From Lama glama (Eukaryota), in contig CM052816.1 of the NCBI GenBank assembly GCA_028534125.1, forward strand, positions 93,932,001 to 93,996,000: 64,000 bases of DNA. The letters run 5' to 3'. Under the pieces are notes generated by a model. The model made no database searches, was not told the origin of the DNA, and was given only the letters and a program-made list of their open reading frames with translations. Below are positions 61,741 through 64,000 of the stretch, piece after piece; position 1 is the first letter of the stretch; every line of letters starts with the position of its first letter. The position numbers were made by a program, and so were the translations under genes.

Positions 61741-63834
61741 CAGGATCTAAGTATTTTTACTAGTGTATTAGGATAGCAATAATTGGAAGTTTGTACCAAA
61801 ACTCTAAGGTTTATTATTCATGTCATGATGTGAGTCTATATATTGTCACTAAAGGCTTATATTATTTCCATAAAGTCCCCAAGGAACAAAGCACAACTTC
61901 AAGAACTGTTGCATAGAGTCCCTATCTGTATTTAGTCTCAGACTTTATCAGATATAAGATTTAATTATACATGTAAACCTTTTAAATAATATTGCAAAAT
62001 GGAAGACAACTCAAATGTTTAAAATATTAGCCAAATAAATTTAATTATGGAGCACAATTTATCACTAAATTTTGTTTATGAGGAATAGTTAATAAATGGG
62101 AACTGCTTACTGCATAATATTAAATTTGAAAGGCTCAAGAGACCAGATTATTCAGTAATAGGCTAATTTTGTTAAAGCAAATGCATGCAGAGAAAAAGAC
62201 ACAAAGAACTTTTGTCTACAATGAAACTATGACTGGATTTCCTGTTAATTTTTAATATTTTTCAGCATGACTCATCATTTCTATAATTAGCTTAAAAATT
62301 GGATACAGAGGTTGTTTCCTTTTACAGGAGCTGAAAAAAAAAAGTCATCCCTTGGCTTTAATTTTTTCCCCAGGAATCACCACATGAAAGCACATCTCTT
62401 TGTGTCTTTTCTATGGTCAAGTGTATGAAGGATGGTTTAATTCCAGAAAAGTTTGATTAGGTTTATGTGCCAGTAGTACCAGTTCCCATTAGCCAGATTG
62501 ACAATTACCAAGACATTCTTGAAATACAATAAAAATGCTCCTTAAGGTCACAGTTGAAGATTTTGCTGTTAAAACCATTTATGTTCAATATATTTTGGGC
62601 TACATCATCATTCATACACAATACTTGTTTTCATTAATATCAGCACATTTTACACTTCATACAGACTAGTTCTGCATCTTGGAGAAGTTAAATGGATATA
62701 CTTTCAAAGTTGTATAAGTTTGAAATGTTAAATCAAGAATTCAAATAGACGCTTTTTCCAGGGACACAACATCAACTTCATAGTGACCAAAATGAAGAGA
62801 AGTTTGTATTTCAGAGAAAACTTTAAAAATATATATATATAGTAGACAGAATAAAACAAGAAAGAGAGGGAACACTGAAAATGGCTATAAGGTTTCTAGT
62901 CAAACAGATTCAAAGGATGATGAAGAGGCTCTGTGGAAGAAATGGTGTAAAAACTTTGAATTGCTGGTGACCTTGTGACTTGCAGACAGTGTGGATTTCT
63001 GAGCACATAAATAAAATTTTAATGAATAAAGTAGTGCCCAAACTGAAGGGAAAGATGGGGAACGAAAAATAGCCATAGGAAACTCTGTGATTATATGCAA
63101 CCAAGGCTAGAATGCTGTAAACAGCAGAGAAGAAGTTCTGAACACTGGAGAATCAAGAGCAGCAAAAGAAGAGTCAGAAAAAACACATCTTCTTGGGGCT
63201 AGAATGCTCAGGTAACATAACAAAGGGTGGAAATGCAAACGCTGATTAATTAATAAATTATATGCTGCTCTATCTTGAGAGGTAATTCAGTATTTTCCTT
63301 TGCCTCCTTATCAACAGGAAAATATTCATTATTAGAACACAATTTTATGACATAGATAAGGAGAGAAAATAAAAGAGAATAATTCTCTTTGAAATGTATG
63401 GTTTGTTATCCTACATAATATGATAAAAAGAAACCTACAAAATAGACTGTTAAATCCTTCAGTTCTTTCTGGAGTGAAGTCATTAGCTTGAATTGTCACC
63501 CAATTAAGTTCTGTTTTTTTAAATATCACCAGTTGATTTTTTTTTATTCCCATTGATATATTTGACATAATATGTATTTGACACTGTTCTCTGATGCTTT
63601 AATGTTCCATCACTCTAATGAGTTTAAATGATTTTATTTGAAATGAGAGAGGCTTTGGTTAGCAGGACCCTCTGTTGGTGTTAAAATCAATAGTAAATAT
63701 CTTTTTTTTTTAATAATCTGTCATAAAAATAAGTGTGGCTCATCCAGAGACTGGCTTGATAAGGATTCTCTGGTCTACATTCTCTCCACTACTTTTTAAA
63801 CCCACCTTTCAGTAGATTGTTCAAGATTTTGAGC

Positions 63835-64000
63835 ATTCTTTAATATTTTACTAGGAAACTTTAAAGTGTACAGAAAAGTTACAATAGATTTATAATAAAC
63901 ACTTATATACACAGCATGCAAATTCTACAGATAACATTCTACTGCATTTGTTTTATTACATATATATATTATATTCATCCATGTGCCATTTTGTCAGTCC
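63835..64000 (-). mobile_element. Old L1 (L1MC/ME-like) 3' end running off the window
   Basis: ggaaactttaaagtgtacagaaaagttacaa...aataaacacttatatac. Confidence 0.55.

Noticed and set aside
1..64000. CRISPR array, operon or prokaryote-type defence system
   Set aside because: The sequence is mammalian; there is no repeat-spacer periodicity and no long ORFs.

Overview
AT-rich, CpG-depleted mammalian genomic DNA that is intergenic or deep-intronic. No protein-coding gene can be supported: the supplied ORFs are short chance ORFs, antisense reads through repeats, decayed L1 fragments, or a read through an N-gap. A large share of the window is recognisable interspersed repeat: L1 of several ages, L2, MIR, MaLR/ERVL/ERV1 solo LTRs, and the hAT DNA transposons MER3, MER5A and MER20. 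Two tRNA-Ala-derived SINEs resembling Vic-1 point to a camelid genome (inference). A 500-N assembly gap sits at 56696-57195. The most noteworthy non-repeat signals are two long hairpins whose mismatches are G-U wobbles on the + strand (45819-45886, 56653-56695), a 30-nt candidate microexon with consensus splice sites (32336-32365), a MEIS/HOX/RFX motif cluster (about 50870-51370) and a CpG micro-cluster (22385-22500). A clear twin-priming L1 inversion lies at 24706-26146. I found no convincing evidence of a new multi-component biological system. Repeat family names come from recalled consensus sequences, not from a database search, and most boundaries are approximate.
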